From positions 4,149,659-4,213,658 of the forward strand of contig CBDAOQ010000003.1 in assembly GCA_965198125.1 (NCBI GenBank): a DNA stretch of 64,000 nucleotides, written 5' to 3'. This DNA comes from Candidatus Versatilivorator sp. Its GTDB lineage: Bacteria; Acidobacteriota; Terriglobia; Versatilivoradales; Versatilivoraceae. The notes beneath the pieces were generated by a model, which saw nothing but the letters and a program-made list of their open reading frames with translations, did not search any database and was not told the origin of the DNA. Positions 6,742-16,535 of the stretch are shown here, one piece after another; the first letter of the stretch is position 1, and each line of letters begins with the position of its first letter. The position numbers were made by a program, and so were the translations under genes.

Positions 6742-9700
6742 TCACCGGGGCAGATTCACCCACAAGGAATTGTTCACGGCGGTGATCTCTTCCACTTCGG
6801 GACCGGGGAGGATCCGTAGATGCAGCCTTGGGGTGCCCCCGGCAGCCTGCAACCCGCTGAGGGAGACCACGGTGGTTATCGGGAGCAGGTCCACCAGTGC
6901 CGGCAGCGAGGAAACCTGGTGTTCAAAGATCACGGCCGCCTTGGCATTCCGGATCTGCAGCTTGAACGGTCCCGAAGAGGCCGAACCCAGGTTGTGAAGC
7001 GTTACTTCCCCCCGGTCGGCGCCGGCGTCGTATCGAAAGTCTTGAGGCCCCATCGCCAGGTCGGGAAGCTGCCAGATCGGAGTTCCCTTCTGCTTCTGCT
7101 CGACGCTGATGATGGTGGCCTTTCCCCCTCGAAGTGTCAAGGGAATGGAACTGTGACGCTTCAGCCTCAGAACCCTTCGGTTGAGGCCAAGGTCGACTTG
7201 CCCGTCGTTGTTGACATCTCTCCCTTCGGTGACCTCGTAGGTGCCGTTTTCCAAACGCCACACCCGCAACTGGACGTCGTCCAAGGTCTCGCCCAGGTTG
7301 AAGACGGTGACTTCCAGAGCATCGGGCTTGGCCAACGAAACCAGAGCCGCCACCTGCCCCCGGGTATTTTCCCAGCTCAGCGCGTGTCCCGCGTAAATCT
7401 GGTGATTGGCATGGGCAACACCACCCAGCCGAGCCCGCTGGGTTGCCCGGTGGGGAATAAGAACTCCGGCCGGGTCCAATTCCGCCTCGGTGAAAAGAAG
7501 ACGGTTCTGTTCCAGGTGCTTGAGCAGTGGGGCCTGGTAGTCGAGCAGGTAGCTTTTTTTGCCGGTCGCCTCGTAGGCATATTGACGCGCCAGCAACCCC
7601 GCTTCCCTGAAGTGCAGGTGGCGGTTCCAGAGGTTCAGTTTGGGGAGCAGCTTCAGAAAGGGGCCGGGTCCAAAGGCTTCCTGAAGGAACGGTTGCCATC
7701 TGCCCGAGGTCGTCTGGGCGGTGTCGGTATGGCCGGCCTCTAACAGCCTGTCCAGCGGCCACAGGTAAGCCGGGTCGCCGGTTGCCCGGAAGACCCCCCA
7801 CATCAGGTCCAGCATGGGTGGGCCGGGCAATCCCCGGCTCATGACATTGTCGGTAGGAAAATGGATGGCCAGGGAGAGTTGCGGATAGCGGTCCTTCTTC
7901 CAGTGGTCCAGCCGCGCTGCGGCATACTCCTTCAACTTCTGAACCAGGACCGGGCTGCGATTGTACTCGGCCAGAGTCAGCGCCGCGTGCCAGAGCAGAG
8001 GACTCCAGGCCTCTTCCCGGGCATAGACTCCCTGCCGGACCGATTCCGTAGCGCTCACCCGGGAGGATTGAAAGTGGCGATGACCCGCCGCATTGATAGC
8101 CGTCAGGCGATCCAGGTGACGGGAGGTCTCCATCAACATTTCGATCCAGCGGGGATTGCCGTAATCGAGAAGAGCCAGCATGGGAGCCAGATTCAATCCG
8201 GCCTGATAGGCTTGTCGGAGGGGCCTGATCTCACGGTTCAAACCCTTCTCCAGACTCCCGTGGCGCAAACAGGCCTCCATCAAGGCGACCAGGGAATCCT
8301 TGAGGCGGGGTGCCGGACCGTCCATCAGTGCTATCCCTGGCCAATGGGCCGCCAGCCGGGTGTCTCCATCGATCCCGCCGCCAAATGCGCCGTCCTGGAT
8401 TTGCCGGTTGTCGATCCACCACTGAGCAATGTGCCGGAAATGGTCTACCAACTGCTTCTGTTGAACGGCCCATTGCGGATATGCGGGGGGTGAGGGTCGT
8501 TTCTCTCGATATTCGGGCGGGGTCGAATCGGGTTGGAGCAGTCCCTTGAAGGACAGGGCCATCGGATCCTTCGGTCTGGATTGCAACACCTCTTCCACCA
8601 GGCGGAAGGTCTCGTCAACACTGCTGAAATGCCGGCGAGCCGAGGTGAAATCCATGGACATCCAGTCCAAACGGCGGGTCAGCTTGCGCAGGCCTTCGCG
8701 GATCAACAGAAAGCGGCCCGCAAACAGATCGCTCCGGGAGGCTGGGTCCTCGGGCAGGCGCCATTGGGTCGCGGAACGCACCTCAATCTCTGCGTTCTGG
8801 AGATGCTCCCGGGAGAAATCGATTTGGTCGCTGGCAACGGTCATCCAAAGGGCCTGACCCGCAGGGACAAAGCGATCGCCAAGGTCCAGCTCGATTTCGG
8901 CCGGCTTTTCCGCCGACAAGCGAAAGTCCAGGAAAATCAAATCCCGCTGGGGAAGGATGGGATCCTTCACCGTCCAGCGCACCCTTGGATCCATGGGGGC
9001 GGACTTTCCGGAGCTGCCCATTCGGATCCGGATGGCCCTCACGACAGTGTGGCTCAAGAAAGGAGGCAGGAAAATGTGTCGGAGGCCCAGCCTGGGAGAC
9101 GATTTCAGAGGGGCGGACGGCGGCTGATAACTTTCTTTGGGAACAGCGACCCAGGCCTCCCGGTCCCCGGGGAGATACCCGGTCCGCAGTTCGGTTCCCA
9201 GACCGAAGAACGATCTGACTTGCCGGGCAGACTGCCCTGGAAGATCGGCTGCCAGCTCAGAGGGCAGCAGTCGGTAAGTCAGCGACCCTCTTTCAGCGGT
9301 TTCGGTCTGGTCCAAAGGACCGTCCTGTATCGACAGGAGGGACAATTCGCGAACCTGTCCGGATTGGCGTTCCACTCGAATCCAAGGCACGGTGAGGGGT
9401 GCCTCCAGTGGCTTGACGGTCTCCCCACCCCTTTCTGAAGACAGGTCCCAAAGCCGCCGCCGGTGGCTTCCCTCGCCGGCGTAGATCTCTCCTTTCAGGT
9501 TTCCCCGCAGGCGGAGATGGTTGAAGGGCTCCTCTGGAACCTCAAGGCGCAAGGCCCGGCCCTCCTGCGGGTACCCCTCTATCGGTGGTGGCCAGGAGCT
9601 TTCGGCAAAACCATCCACGGCCGCCGGCGAGGAACGCTTGAGATCTCGGGCGGACAGGACTCTCAGTGAACGAACCGAGATGGGGGCGGTCAGCGGCAAG

Positions 9701-10545
9701 ATGGCCTCTGGATGGTTCCAGCCGAAACGGTCGGCCCAGTGACCGGAACGCAATTCGGAGTCAACCTGTTTTGCCGAGAGGTGCCGGCCCGCCCGCCCGG
9801 CTCCAAGCTGGGACAGATTCGCGATCGCACCGGCGCTCAAGGCTTCCTGAAAAATGCGGAATTCGTCCACATAGGCCCGTCTTTCATTGCCCTGGCGGTG
9901 GTAGGGAGTCAAGGCTTGGGTGTGAATGCCGATCTGATCCAGCCACCTGCCGAAATGGTGCCTCCCCAGGTGGTTGCCGACCTCCCGGCCGTCCACGTAA
10001 AAGCGGAGTCCTTCCAGCTCGTGCCAGCTAAAGGCCAAAAAGAACCAGCGGCCGGCAACGACTTCAGCGCTGTCCCCGGCATCCGCCTCCAGAATACGGG
10101 AGTCCCGGTCGAAGAGCCTCAGTCCGAGGGTCTTCCCCGTCCAGAAAAGGTGAGCGAAGAGGTGGTCTGGGGAGTGAAGCTGCCGGGTGCTGATTCGAAG
10201 GATGGAAAAGGGAATTTTGCCGGGGGGCTCGTCCAGTTGCCACCAAAAGGATAGTGTGCCGTGTTCGGGATAAACATTGCCGCCTGCGGCAAAACTGAGC
10301 AGGGCTCCCCAGTCCAGGAAGAGGGCTCTTCCCTGCCGGCCGTTCCTGGCGATGCGCAGCCCTCTGTTGCCCAGGGGAGAGGCGTCCCCCGCCGCCCGGT
10401 CGGCCAGCACCTTCTGTTCAAACGAAGCATGGAAGAGGAGCGCGGAACTGTCCTCTGCAAACGATCGCTCCGCCGAGGCTGCCGGCAAGATCGCGGAAAG
10501 CAGAAGGAAAGCGGCCCGAGGGTGTCGTCTGATGTGCGTGCTCAC
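6742..10545 (-). CDS. large secreted LamG (concanavalin-like) domain protein
   Basis: GTG 10545 gives a signal peptide (VSTHIRRHPRAAFLLLSAILPAASA). The N-terminal ~200 aa look like a Laminin_G_3 domain (ALFLDWG..GTLSFWW..WFFLAFSW..LRFYVDG..VDEFRIF). The remaining ~1000 aa are unassigned. The track start at 10806 would overlap tex by 240 nt. Confidence 0.8.
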   Translation of the reverse strand: MSTHIRRHPRAAFLLLSAILPAASAERSFAEDSSALLFHASFEQKVLADRAAGDASPLGNRGLRIARNGRQGRALFLDWGALLSFAAGGNVYPEHGTLSFWWQLDEPPGKIPFSILRISTRQLHSPDHLFAHLFWTGKTLGLRLFDRDSRILEADAGDSAEVVAGRWFFLAFSWHELEGLRFYVDGREVGNHLGRHHFGRWLDQIGIHTQALTPYHRQGNERRAYVDEFRIFQEALSAGAIANLSQLGAGRAGRHLSAKQVDSELRSGHWADRFGWNHPEAILPLTAPISVRSLRVLSARDLKRSSPAAVDGFAESSWPPPIEGYPQEGRALRLEVPEEPFNHLRLRGNLKGEIYAGEGSHRRRLWDLSSERGGETVKPLEAPLTVPWIRVERQSGQVRELSLLSIQDGPLDQTETAERGSLTYRLLPSELAADLPGQSARQVRSFFGLGTELRTGYLPGDREAWVAVPKESYQPPSAPLKSSPRLGLRHIFLPPFLSHTVVRAIRIRMGSSGKSAPMDPRVRWTVKDPILPQRDLIFLDFRLSAEKPAEIELDLGDRFVPAGQALWMTVASDQIDFSREHLQNAEIEVRSATQWRLPEDPASRSDLFAGRFLLIREGLRKLTRRLDWMSMDFTSARRHFSSVDETFRLVEEVLQSRPKDPMALSFKGLLQPDSTPPEYREKRPSPPAYPQWAVQQKQLVDHFRHIAQWWIDNRQIQDGAFGGGIDGDTRLAAHWPGIALMDGPAPRLKDSLVALMEACLRHGSLEKGLNREIRPLRQAYQAGLNLAPMLALLDYGNPRWIEMLMETSRHLDRLTAINAAGHRHFQSSRVSATESVRQGVYAREEAWSPLLWHAALTLAEYNRSPVLVQKLKEYAAARLDHWKKDRYPQLSLAIHFPTDNVMSRGLPGPPMLDLMWGVFRATGDPAYLWPLDRLLEAGHTDTAQTTSGRWQPFLQEAFGPGPFLKLLPKLNLWNRHLHFREAGLLARQYAYEATGKKSYLLDYQAPLLKHLEQNRLLFTEAELDPAGVLIPHRATQRARLGGVAHANHQIYAGHALSWENTRGQVAALVSLAKPDALEVTVFNLGETLDDVQLRVWRLENGTYEVTEGRDVNNDGQVDLGLNRRVLRLKRHSSIPLTLRGGKATIISVEQKQKGTPIWQLPDLAMGPQDFRYDAGADRGEVTLHNLGSASSGPFKLQIRNAKAAVIFEHQVSSLPALVDLLPITTVVSLSGLQAAGGTPRLHLRILPGPEVEEITAVNNSLWVNLPR

Positions 10546-10564
10546 CGGGAGAAATGCGGGCTGG

Positions 10565-13525
10565 CTAGCGGATCCCGCTGAATTTTTCCTGCAGTAGACG
10601 AATCTTCTCCGAGAAGGAAAGATTGGAGGTGTCCGGAAGGACTTCAGCTTCGGGGGCCTTGGATTGCTTGCGCTGAATGGCGATGGTCTTGACTCCGGTG
10701 GCCTGATGTCTCTTTCCCTGGCGTCTTTTGCGGCCAAGCGGTTTCTGTTCCGACTTGCCGGTGCTCCGCTTCTCTTGACGGGTAGCGGATTCGCGGGACG
10801 ATGCATCCGCCGGTTTGGGCGAGGCTAGACGCGAGTCTGTCTTTGGAGGCATTTTCTTTTTGCGCCTCCCCGGGTTTTCCCTGACCTGCAGGGCCTTGAT
10901 CGAAAGCGAAATCCTGTTGGTGGAGGTGTCGACCCCGATGACCTTTGCCTTGACCACCTGACCCACGTGGATTGCCTGGTTTGCGTCTTGCACGAAACGG
11001 CTGGAGATTTCGGAAATATGGACCAGACCCTCCTGTTGCACTCCGATGTCGACGAAGGCCCCGAAACTGGTCACGTTGCTCACCGTACCCTCGACCAGCA
11101 TCCCCTTATGCAGATCCGACAGCTCCTTGATATCGTCGCGAAATGAGGGTGGAACAAAGACCTTCCGGGGATCCCGCCCCGGCTGGCGTAGTTCCCGTCT
11201 AATATGTTGCAGAGTTGGAAGTCCAACCCGATCACCCGATAATTTCTCCAGATCCGCTTCCTCGAGTTTCTTGGGATTCTCAATCAGTTCGCCAACCGTT
11301 GCCTGGACCGATCGAGCCATTTCCTCCACCAGGCCGTAACGCTCGGGATGAATGGTCGTTCGATCCAGGGGCTGGGCGCTTCCCTGGACCCGCAGGAAAC
11401 CGGCGGATTGCTCGAAGCAGGTGTCCGTAAAGCCGGGGACCTCCATCAGTTGGGAACGCGAGGAGAACGACCCGTTCCGCTGACGGAATTCGACGATGTT
11501 CCGAGCCAACCTGGCATTCAACCCGGCGACGTAACCAAGCAGTTCCACCGGTGCTCTGTTCAGATCCACGCCCACATGGTTGATACAGGACTCCAAGATT
11601 CCATGCAGCTTCTGCTTGAGGCGTTTCTGCTCAACCTCCTGTGAATTGGGGCCCAAAATAATGGCCTTCGGTTGAATCTTTGCCAGCTCGACCAACGGAT
11701 CCTGTAATCGCCGGGCGATGGAAATAGCTCCACGAACGCCGAGGTCCAGCCGGGGAAATTCCTTTCGAGCCCCCTCCGAACTCGCATAGGCCCCAGTGCC
11801 TCCCTTGTGAACGATGGCGGAGAAGATCGGTTGCCGCTGGGACTGGCCGGTCTCCGGGTCGGCCTGGTTGCTCGGAGTCGGGGTGGGCGAGGGTTCAATG
11901 GCCGTCAGGGTCCCGCTTTCAGTCGGGGTGGCCGAATCCGTCCTGCCGCTCTCGTCGCCGTTTTCAGCGGCAGTGCTTTCCATCCCCGCGGAAGGCTCTG
12001 AGACCGTCGAGATGGAGGCCTCCTCGGATGAGGGGTGCGCCGTGGCGCTTCCCCGATCGGGATCTGCTTCCGATTTCTGTCGGGCTTGATCGGATTCCGC
12101 CCCAGCCTCCTCCTGGTCGGCGGTTGCAGGAGAGTCTTGCCGCGCGGGATTCGGCTCTTCAACCGCCTTGGTTTCGAGAGTCCGGCTGGCTCCTCCAGGA
12201 ATGGAAGGCTCGCTTGCCGTCCGGCCGTTGGTCTTTCCCTCCTTGTCAGTCGGCGGATCGGACTTGGCCGCCTTGCCGCGAACCAGGGAGAGATCGAAGG
12301 AATGCCCGGCATGGTATTTGGCCAGAAAACCCTTGACGAAACGGTCGATGTCTCGTGACCCGACCCCATTGCCAATGGCGATGGCGCGAGTTCCGTGGCG
12401 TTGGATGAGCCGATAGAGGATGGCTTCGGCCCGGTCGCTGTTTTTGCGCGGCAACCCGGGTCCCAAGGTGGCGTGCTCACGATAGGCCCCGCTTGCATCA
12501 ATGACCGCTATTCTGCAGGCCGAGCGGGCTCCAGGATCGATTCCCATGACCGGCACCGAACCCACCGGGGGAGCCAGCAGCAAGTTCGAAAGGTTGGCCT
12601 GAAACAGTTTCAGCGCTTCGTTATCGGTTCTTTCCTTCAAGTTGGACCGTATTTCGCCCTGGAGAAGGGGCTTCAGGGGGTGGAAGTAGGCCGCCTGGAT
12701 GGCTTTCTCGAGATGGGGAGCGTAGGGGGAATCGGTCTGCCGGATCACCTTCTCCCGGATCACCTGAAGCGCTCTATTGTCGTCCATGTCGATTTCAAGG
12801 GTCAGGATGCGCTCCCTGACGCCGCGCCGCAGTGCCGCGATGCGATGGAAGGGGATCCGGGAGACTTCTTCGCGGAAGTCATAGAAACTGTCGTATTTGG
12901 TCTTTTCCCCTGCTTTGCCCTCCACTACCTTCGAAACCACTACGCCTTCGGAGGACATCAATTGCCTGAGCGAGCCTCGAATGACGGCATGTTCCGCCAG
13001 CCACTCGGCCACAATGGCAAGCGCGCCCTGGATGGCTTCCTCCCTGGTGGCGACGGCCTTGTCCTCCGAGAGATATTTCTGGGCGGTGTCGTCGATGGAG
13101 GACTCGCCGCTTCCCTGCTCCCAGAGCTGTTTGGCCAGAGGCTCCAGCCCCTTTTCTTTGGCGGCGGATGCTTCCGTGCTTCCCTTGGGCTTGAAGGGAC
13201 AGTAGAGATCCTCCAGCCTGTTTTTGTCGTAACAACCCTGAATCGTTTCCTTTAGCTCTTCGGTGAGCTTGCCCTGATTTTCAATTCTGGCCAGGATCGA
13301 GCGCCGCCGCTTCAGGAATTCCTGATATCGGCCATAGCATTCCGCAATGCGGCGAATCTTGGGCTCGTCCAGGTTTGCCGTGACTTCCTTGCGGTAACGG
13401 GCGATGAAAGGGATCGCCGCCTGCTTTTCCAGCAAGTCGAGGGTAGCGTCAACCTGCTTAAGGGAAGTTCCGGATTCTTTGGCGATCTTTTGGAGTAGGG
13501 TTGGATCCAGATCCATGCGGTTCAT
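10565..13525 (-). CDS. tex: Tex-like RNA-binding transcription accessory protein (with insertion and basic tail)
   Basis: IPFIARYRKE opening, YqgF-like core (MGIDPGARSACRIAVID), HhH region, and C-terminal S1 domain (GMLVEGTVSNVTSFGAFVDIG). At 986 aa it is longer than the usual ~750. Confidence 0.9.
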   Translation of the reverse strand: MNRMDLDPTLLQKIAKESGTSLKQVDATLDLLEKQAAIPFIARYRKEVTANLDEPKIRRIAECYGRYQEFLKRRRSILARIENQGKLTEELKETIQGCYDKNRLEDLYCPFKPKGSTEASAAKEKGLEPLAKQLWEQGSGESSIDDTAQKYLSEDKAVATREEAIQGALAIVAEWLAEHAVIRGSLRQLMSSEGVVVSKVVEGKAGEKTKYDSFYDFREEVSRIPFHRIAALRRGVRERILTLEIDMDDNRALQVIREKVIRQTDSPYAPHLEKAIQAAYFHPLKPLLQGEIRSNLKERTDNEALKLFQANLSNLLLAPPVGSVPVMGIDPGARSACRIAVIDASGAYREHATLGPGLPRKNSDRAEAILYRLIQRHGTRAIAIGNGVGSRDIDRFVKGFLAKYHAGHSFDLSLVRGKAAKSDPPTDKEGKTNGRTASEPSIPGGASRTLETKAVEEPNPARQDSPATADQEEAGAESDQARQKSEADPDRGSATAHPSSEEASISTVSEPSAGMESTAAENGDESGRTDSATPTESGTLTAIEPSPTPTPSNQADPETGQSQRQPIFSAIVHKGGTGAYASSEGARKEFPRLDLGVRGAISIARRLQDPLVELAKIQPKAIILGPNSQEVEQKRLKQKLHGILESCINHVGVDLNRAPVELLGYVAGLNARLARNIVEFRQRNGSFSSRSQLMEVPGFTDTCFEQSAGFLRVQGSAQPLDRTTIHPERYGLVEEMARSVQATVGELIENPKKLEEADLEKLSGDRVGLPTLQHIRRELRQPGRDPRKVFVPPSFRDDIKELSDLHKGMLVEGTVSNVTSFGAFVDIGVQQEGLVHISEISSRFVQDANQAIHVGQVVKAKVIGVDTSTNRISLSIKALQVRENPGRRKKKMPPKTDSRLASPKPADASSRESATRQEKRSTGKSEQKPLGRKRRQGKRHQATGVKTIAIQRKQSKAPEAEVLPDTSNLSFSEKIRLLQEKFSGIR

Positions 13526-13703
13526 TTCCTGCCAGCGAGGCAGTCATTATAGCAGAAGAAGCTCGGAGCCGACGCCCCTCGCGCCTTCCTTACGAAAGGA
13601 AACGAGTCCCTGGTCCGGCCGCGGTAACCCCCTCCAGCTTGAGAGTGGCCTTGGCTGTGCCCAGGGGCTGTGGAAAGTTCAAGTCCCCCTGGTGCGGGCT
13701 CCA

Positions 13704-13946
13704 GCCCGCATTTCTCACCAGGACGCTGAGCATAAGGTCGAAACGTGCTTGTCTTTAACATCTTGCGGCGCTTTGTTTGGAGTCTTCAGAGTACAGACTG
13801 AGCTGGGCGCGCCCTGGCTTGTTCTTTTCCCCTCAGCGCGCACATGCTCCCTCGACCGTAGTGCCGGCTACGCTCTTCGGTCGCGAGCACGCGCTGAGGG
13901 AAAAATTCCGGCGCCATGATCGCACCCCCCGGAGAGAAATGCAGGT
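13704..13946. mobile_element. family C element, 243 bp, MITE-like with long internal hairpin
   Basis: Termini are GCCCGCATTTCTCACC (13704-13719) and GGAGAGAAATGCAGGT (13931-13946). The interior is the reverse complement of 29843-30085 and contains the TTTTCCCCTCAGCGCG / CGCGCTGAGGGAAAAA inverted repeat. Confidence 0.85.
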
Positions 13947-13984
13947 TAAGTTCCCTGGTGCAGGCTCCAGTCATTCGTCTTGGG

Positions 13985-15187
13985 TCAACTCTTGGTCAGA
14001 GCCAGTATCCGATCCGCCGCGCAATCCAGGGCGTTCCGGAGTTGGCTGGGATCGTTCCCGCCGCCCTGGACCAAGGCGGGTGTGCCCCCGCCCTTGCCCG
14101 ATATCATTCGGCTGCAATCCATCATCACCGGGCGAAGGTCGCCGGGAAGAGACTCGCTCCTGGCCAGCAGGAGTTGTGCCTGGGCGCCGCCGTTGCCGAG
14201 CAGAGCCCAGCAAGGACCGCAGGCCAGAAGGCGTTGAGCCAGCAGGGTGATGAATCCTCTCTCTTCTCCCTCGAATAGATGCCGGACAATGCGGCCCCCT
14301 GCGTTGGAGGGTGCCTGACCGTAAAGGTGTTGCGCCAGCAGGTCAGCCAGCCATTCGTTTTTTGCCTTCAAGTGCTTGCGTATGGTTTTTATTTCCTGCA
14401 ACTGCTTTTCGACTCGCCCGGGAGCATCCTGACGGGCGACTGAGAGCCCTCTGGAGATTCGATCCAGGTCTCCCAAGTGGCGTCGAAAAGAGCGGAGTGA
14501 ACGCCGGCCGCAAACGAATTCCAGGCGAGTCCGCCGATTCACCCGCTCAACCCGGTTGATGAAAATTCCACCGATCTCCCCGGATAGGCTCACATGGGTG
14601 CCGCCACAGGCAGAAACGTCGAAGTCATCGATGGTGACCACTCTCAGGATTCCTTCCCGGCTGCTCGGCTTGCGCAGGTTGAGTCTGGAAGCCTCGTCGG
14701 GGGGCACCAGTCGTGCGGTAACGCTCCGGTTCTGGTAAATGATCGAGTTGGCCAGATCTTCTGCTGAGCGGACAACCTCCAGGCCGATCTCCGCCGCTTC
14801 GAGATCGATGGTGGAATACTCCGCACTGAGGTGAAAACCGATGGTGGCCAGTGAAGCGACTCTGACAAAGGCCTGTGAAAGGATATGTTGTCCCGTGTGC
14901 TGCTGCATATGGTCGAAACGTCTTGGCCAATGGACACTGCAGTGGACCCGGGTCAGGGAAAGAGGGTGGTGCAGTCGATGGATGATGCTTCCATCGGCCC
15001 CATCCACCGCTTCAACCACCGGATGTCCCTCAATGGACCCCAGATCATGGGGCTGGCCGCCAGAGGTGGGATAGAAAGCCGTTCGATCCAGTCTCACTTC
15101 AAAAAATCTTCCCACCTGTCCCCCTTGAACAACGCGGGCGTCGAACTCAGTCAGGTAACTGTCCGAATAGTAGAGTCTGTCGGTCAT
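13985..15187 (-). CDS. alaX: alanyl-tRNA editing protein, AlaX-L type
   Basis: MTDRLYYSDSYLTEFDARVV opening, HTGQHILS and CGGTHV zinc/editing motifs, and a DHHA1-like C-terminus (GKGGGTPALVQGGG). Confidence 0.85.
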   Translation of the reverse strand: MTDRLYYSDSYLTEFDARVVQGGQVGRFFEVRLDRTAFYPTSGGQPHDLGSIEGHPVVEAVDGADGSIIHRLHHPLSLTRVHCSVHWPRRFDHMQQHTGQHILSQAFVRVASLATIGFHLSAEYSTIDLEAAEIGLEVVRSAEDLANSIIYQNRSVTARLVPPDEASRLNLRKPSSREGILRVVTIDDFDVSACGGTHVSLSGEIGGIFINRVERVNRRTRLEFVCGRRSLRSFRRHLGDLDRISRGLSVARQDAPGRVEKQLQEIKTIRKHLKAKNEWLADLLAQHLYGQAPSNAGGRIVRHLFEGEERGFITLLAQRLLACGPCWALLGNGGAQAQLLLARSESLPGDLRPVMMDCSRMISGKGGGTPALVQGGGNDPSQLRNALDCAADRILALTKS

Positions 15188-15243
15188 GGGAAACCACTCC
15201 AGGGGAAAATGGCTTGGCGGCAGTGGTGTTCAGGTTAGAAAAA

Positions 15244-16422
15244 TCAGGACTCAAACAGGTGAAGGTACTTCAATCCCGATCCGGTGTTGAAGAGGACGAC
15301 TTCGTCCGAAGATTCGATGAAACCGGATCGAATCAGTTTCTTGAGAGCTGCCAGGGTAGCTCCGCCTTCCGGGCAGGCGAAGAGGCCCTCCCGTCGGCCG
15401 ATTGCTCTGCTCTCGGCCAGCATGTCTTCGTCGGTAACCGCCACCGCCGTGCCGCCGCTTTGCCGCAAGATATCCAGGATCAGAAAATCCCCGATGGCTC
15501 GCGGTACCCGCAACCCGGCTGCCAGCGTGGCCGCGTGGAACCAGGGCTGGCATCGAGGACTGTTCTGCTTGAATGCCCTGACCACCGGAGCACAACCGGC
15601 GGCCTGAACGCTGACCATCTTGGGCCGCTTGGAAGAAATCCATCCCATTTGTTGCATTTCCTGGAAAGCTTTCCACATCCCCACCAGGCCCGTACCTCCT
15701 CCAGTAGGATAAATGATGACGTCGGGCAGGCGCCATTGGAGCTGCTCGGCCAATTCCAGCCCAAGCGTTTTTTTCCCTTCAATCCGGTAGGGCTCCTTCA
15801 AGGTGGCGACGTCGAACCAGCCGTTCGCTCTGGCCTGCTGAGCAACCAGCCGGCCGCAATCGGTGATGAGGCCATCGACGAAATGCACGTGAGCTCCCAG
15901 GGTTAAACACTCGATGCGGTTGGCCGGCGGAACATCTCGAGGCATGAAAACGTGGGCTTCCAGCCCGGCCTGGGCTGCATAGGCGGCCAGTGCTCCGGCG
16001 GCGTTTCCGGCCGACGGAATCGCCAGCTTCTCAGCGCCCAGGGCCTTGGCCATGGTTACCGCCACCGATAACCCCCGAGCTTTGAAGGAACCTGTGGGAT
16101 TGGCGGCCTCATCCTTGATCCAAAGCCGAGACAAGCCGAGGCTGGAAGCCGTTCTTTTGGCATCAACCAGCGGTGTGCCGCCCTCACCCAGGCTGATTCT
16201 GGCTTGCGAATTTCCGGGAGGCAACAGTTCCCGGTACCGCCACATGGTATGAGGCCGATTCCCCAGGTTTTCTCGCGAAAGGCTCGTTTGAACTGCCGAA
16301 AGGTCGTAGCGGACCAACAGAGGATTGCCGCAGGAACAAAGATTGATCAGCTGTCGGGGAGAGTGAACTTTGGAGCAGGAGCTGCATTCCAGATGGAGCA
16401 GAAAAGGGTTCACCGGAAACAA
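15244..16422 (-). CDS. thrC: threonine synthase
   Basis: N-terminal zinc ribbon (CSSC..CSCG), PLP lysine motif NPTGSFKARG, and GNAAGALAAYAA. Confidence 0.9.
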   Translation of the reverse strand: MFPVNPFLLHLECSSCSKVHSPRQLINLCSCGNPLLVRYDLSAVQTSLSRENLGNRPHTMWRYRELLPPGNSQARISLGEGGTPLVDAKRTASSLGLSRLWIKDEAANPTGSFKARGLSVAVTMAKALGAEKLAIPSAGNAAGALAAYAAQAGLEAHVFMPRDVPPANRIECLTLGAHVHFVDGLITDCGRLVAQQARANGWFDVATLKEPYRIEGKKTLGLELAEQLQWRLPDVIIYPTGGGTGLVGMWKAFQEMQQMGWISSKRPKMVSVQAAGCAPVVRAFKQNSPRCQPWFHAATLAAGLRVPRAIGDFLILDILRQSGGTAVAVTDEDMLAESRAIGRREGLFACPEGGATLAALKKLIRSGFIESSDEVVLFNTGSGLKYLHLFES

Positions 16423-16535
16423 CTCCCGCGGAGAGGACGGATCGGACGACAGTCAGTATATGGCCATTTAGTCCATCATAGTTAGACGGGATATATAGCT
16501 AGATAGGCAGGCAGCAGATAACAACCCTGCGAGCT

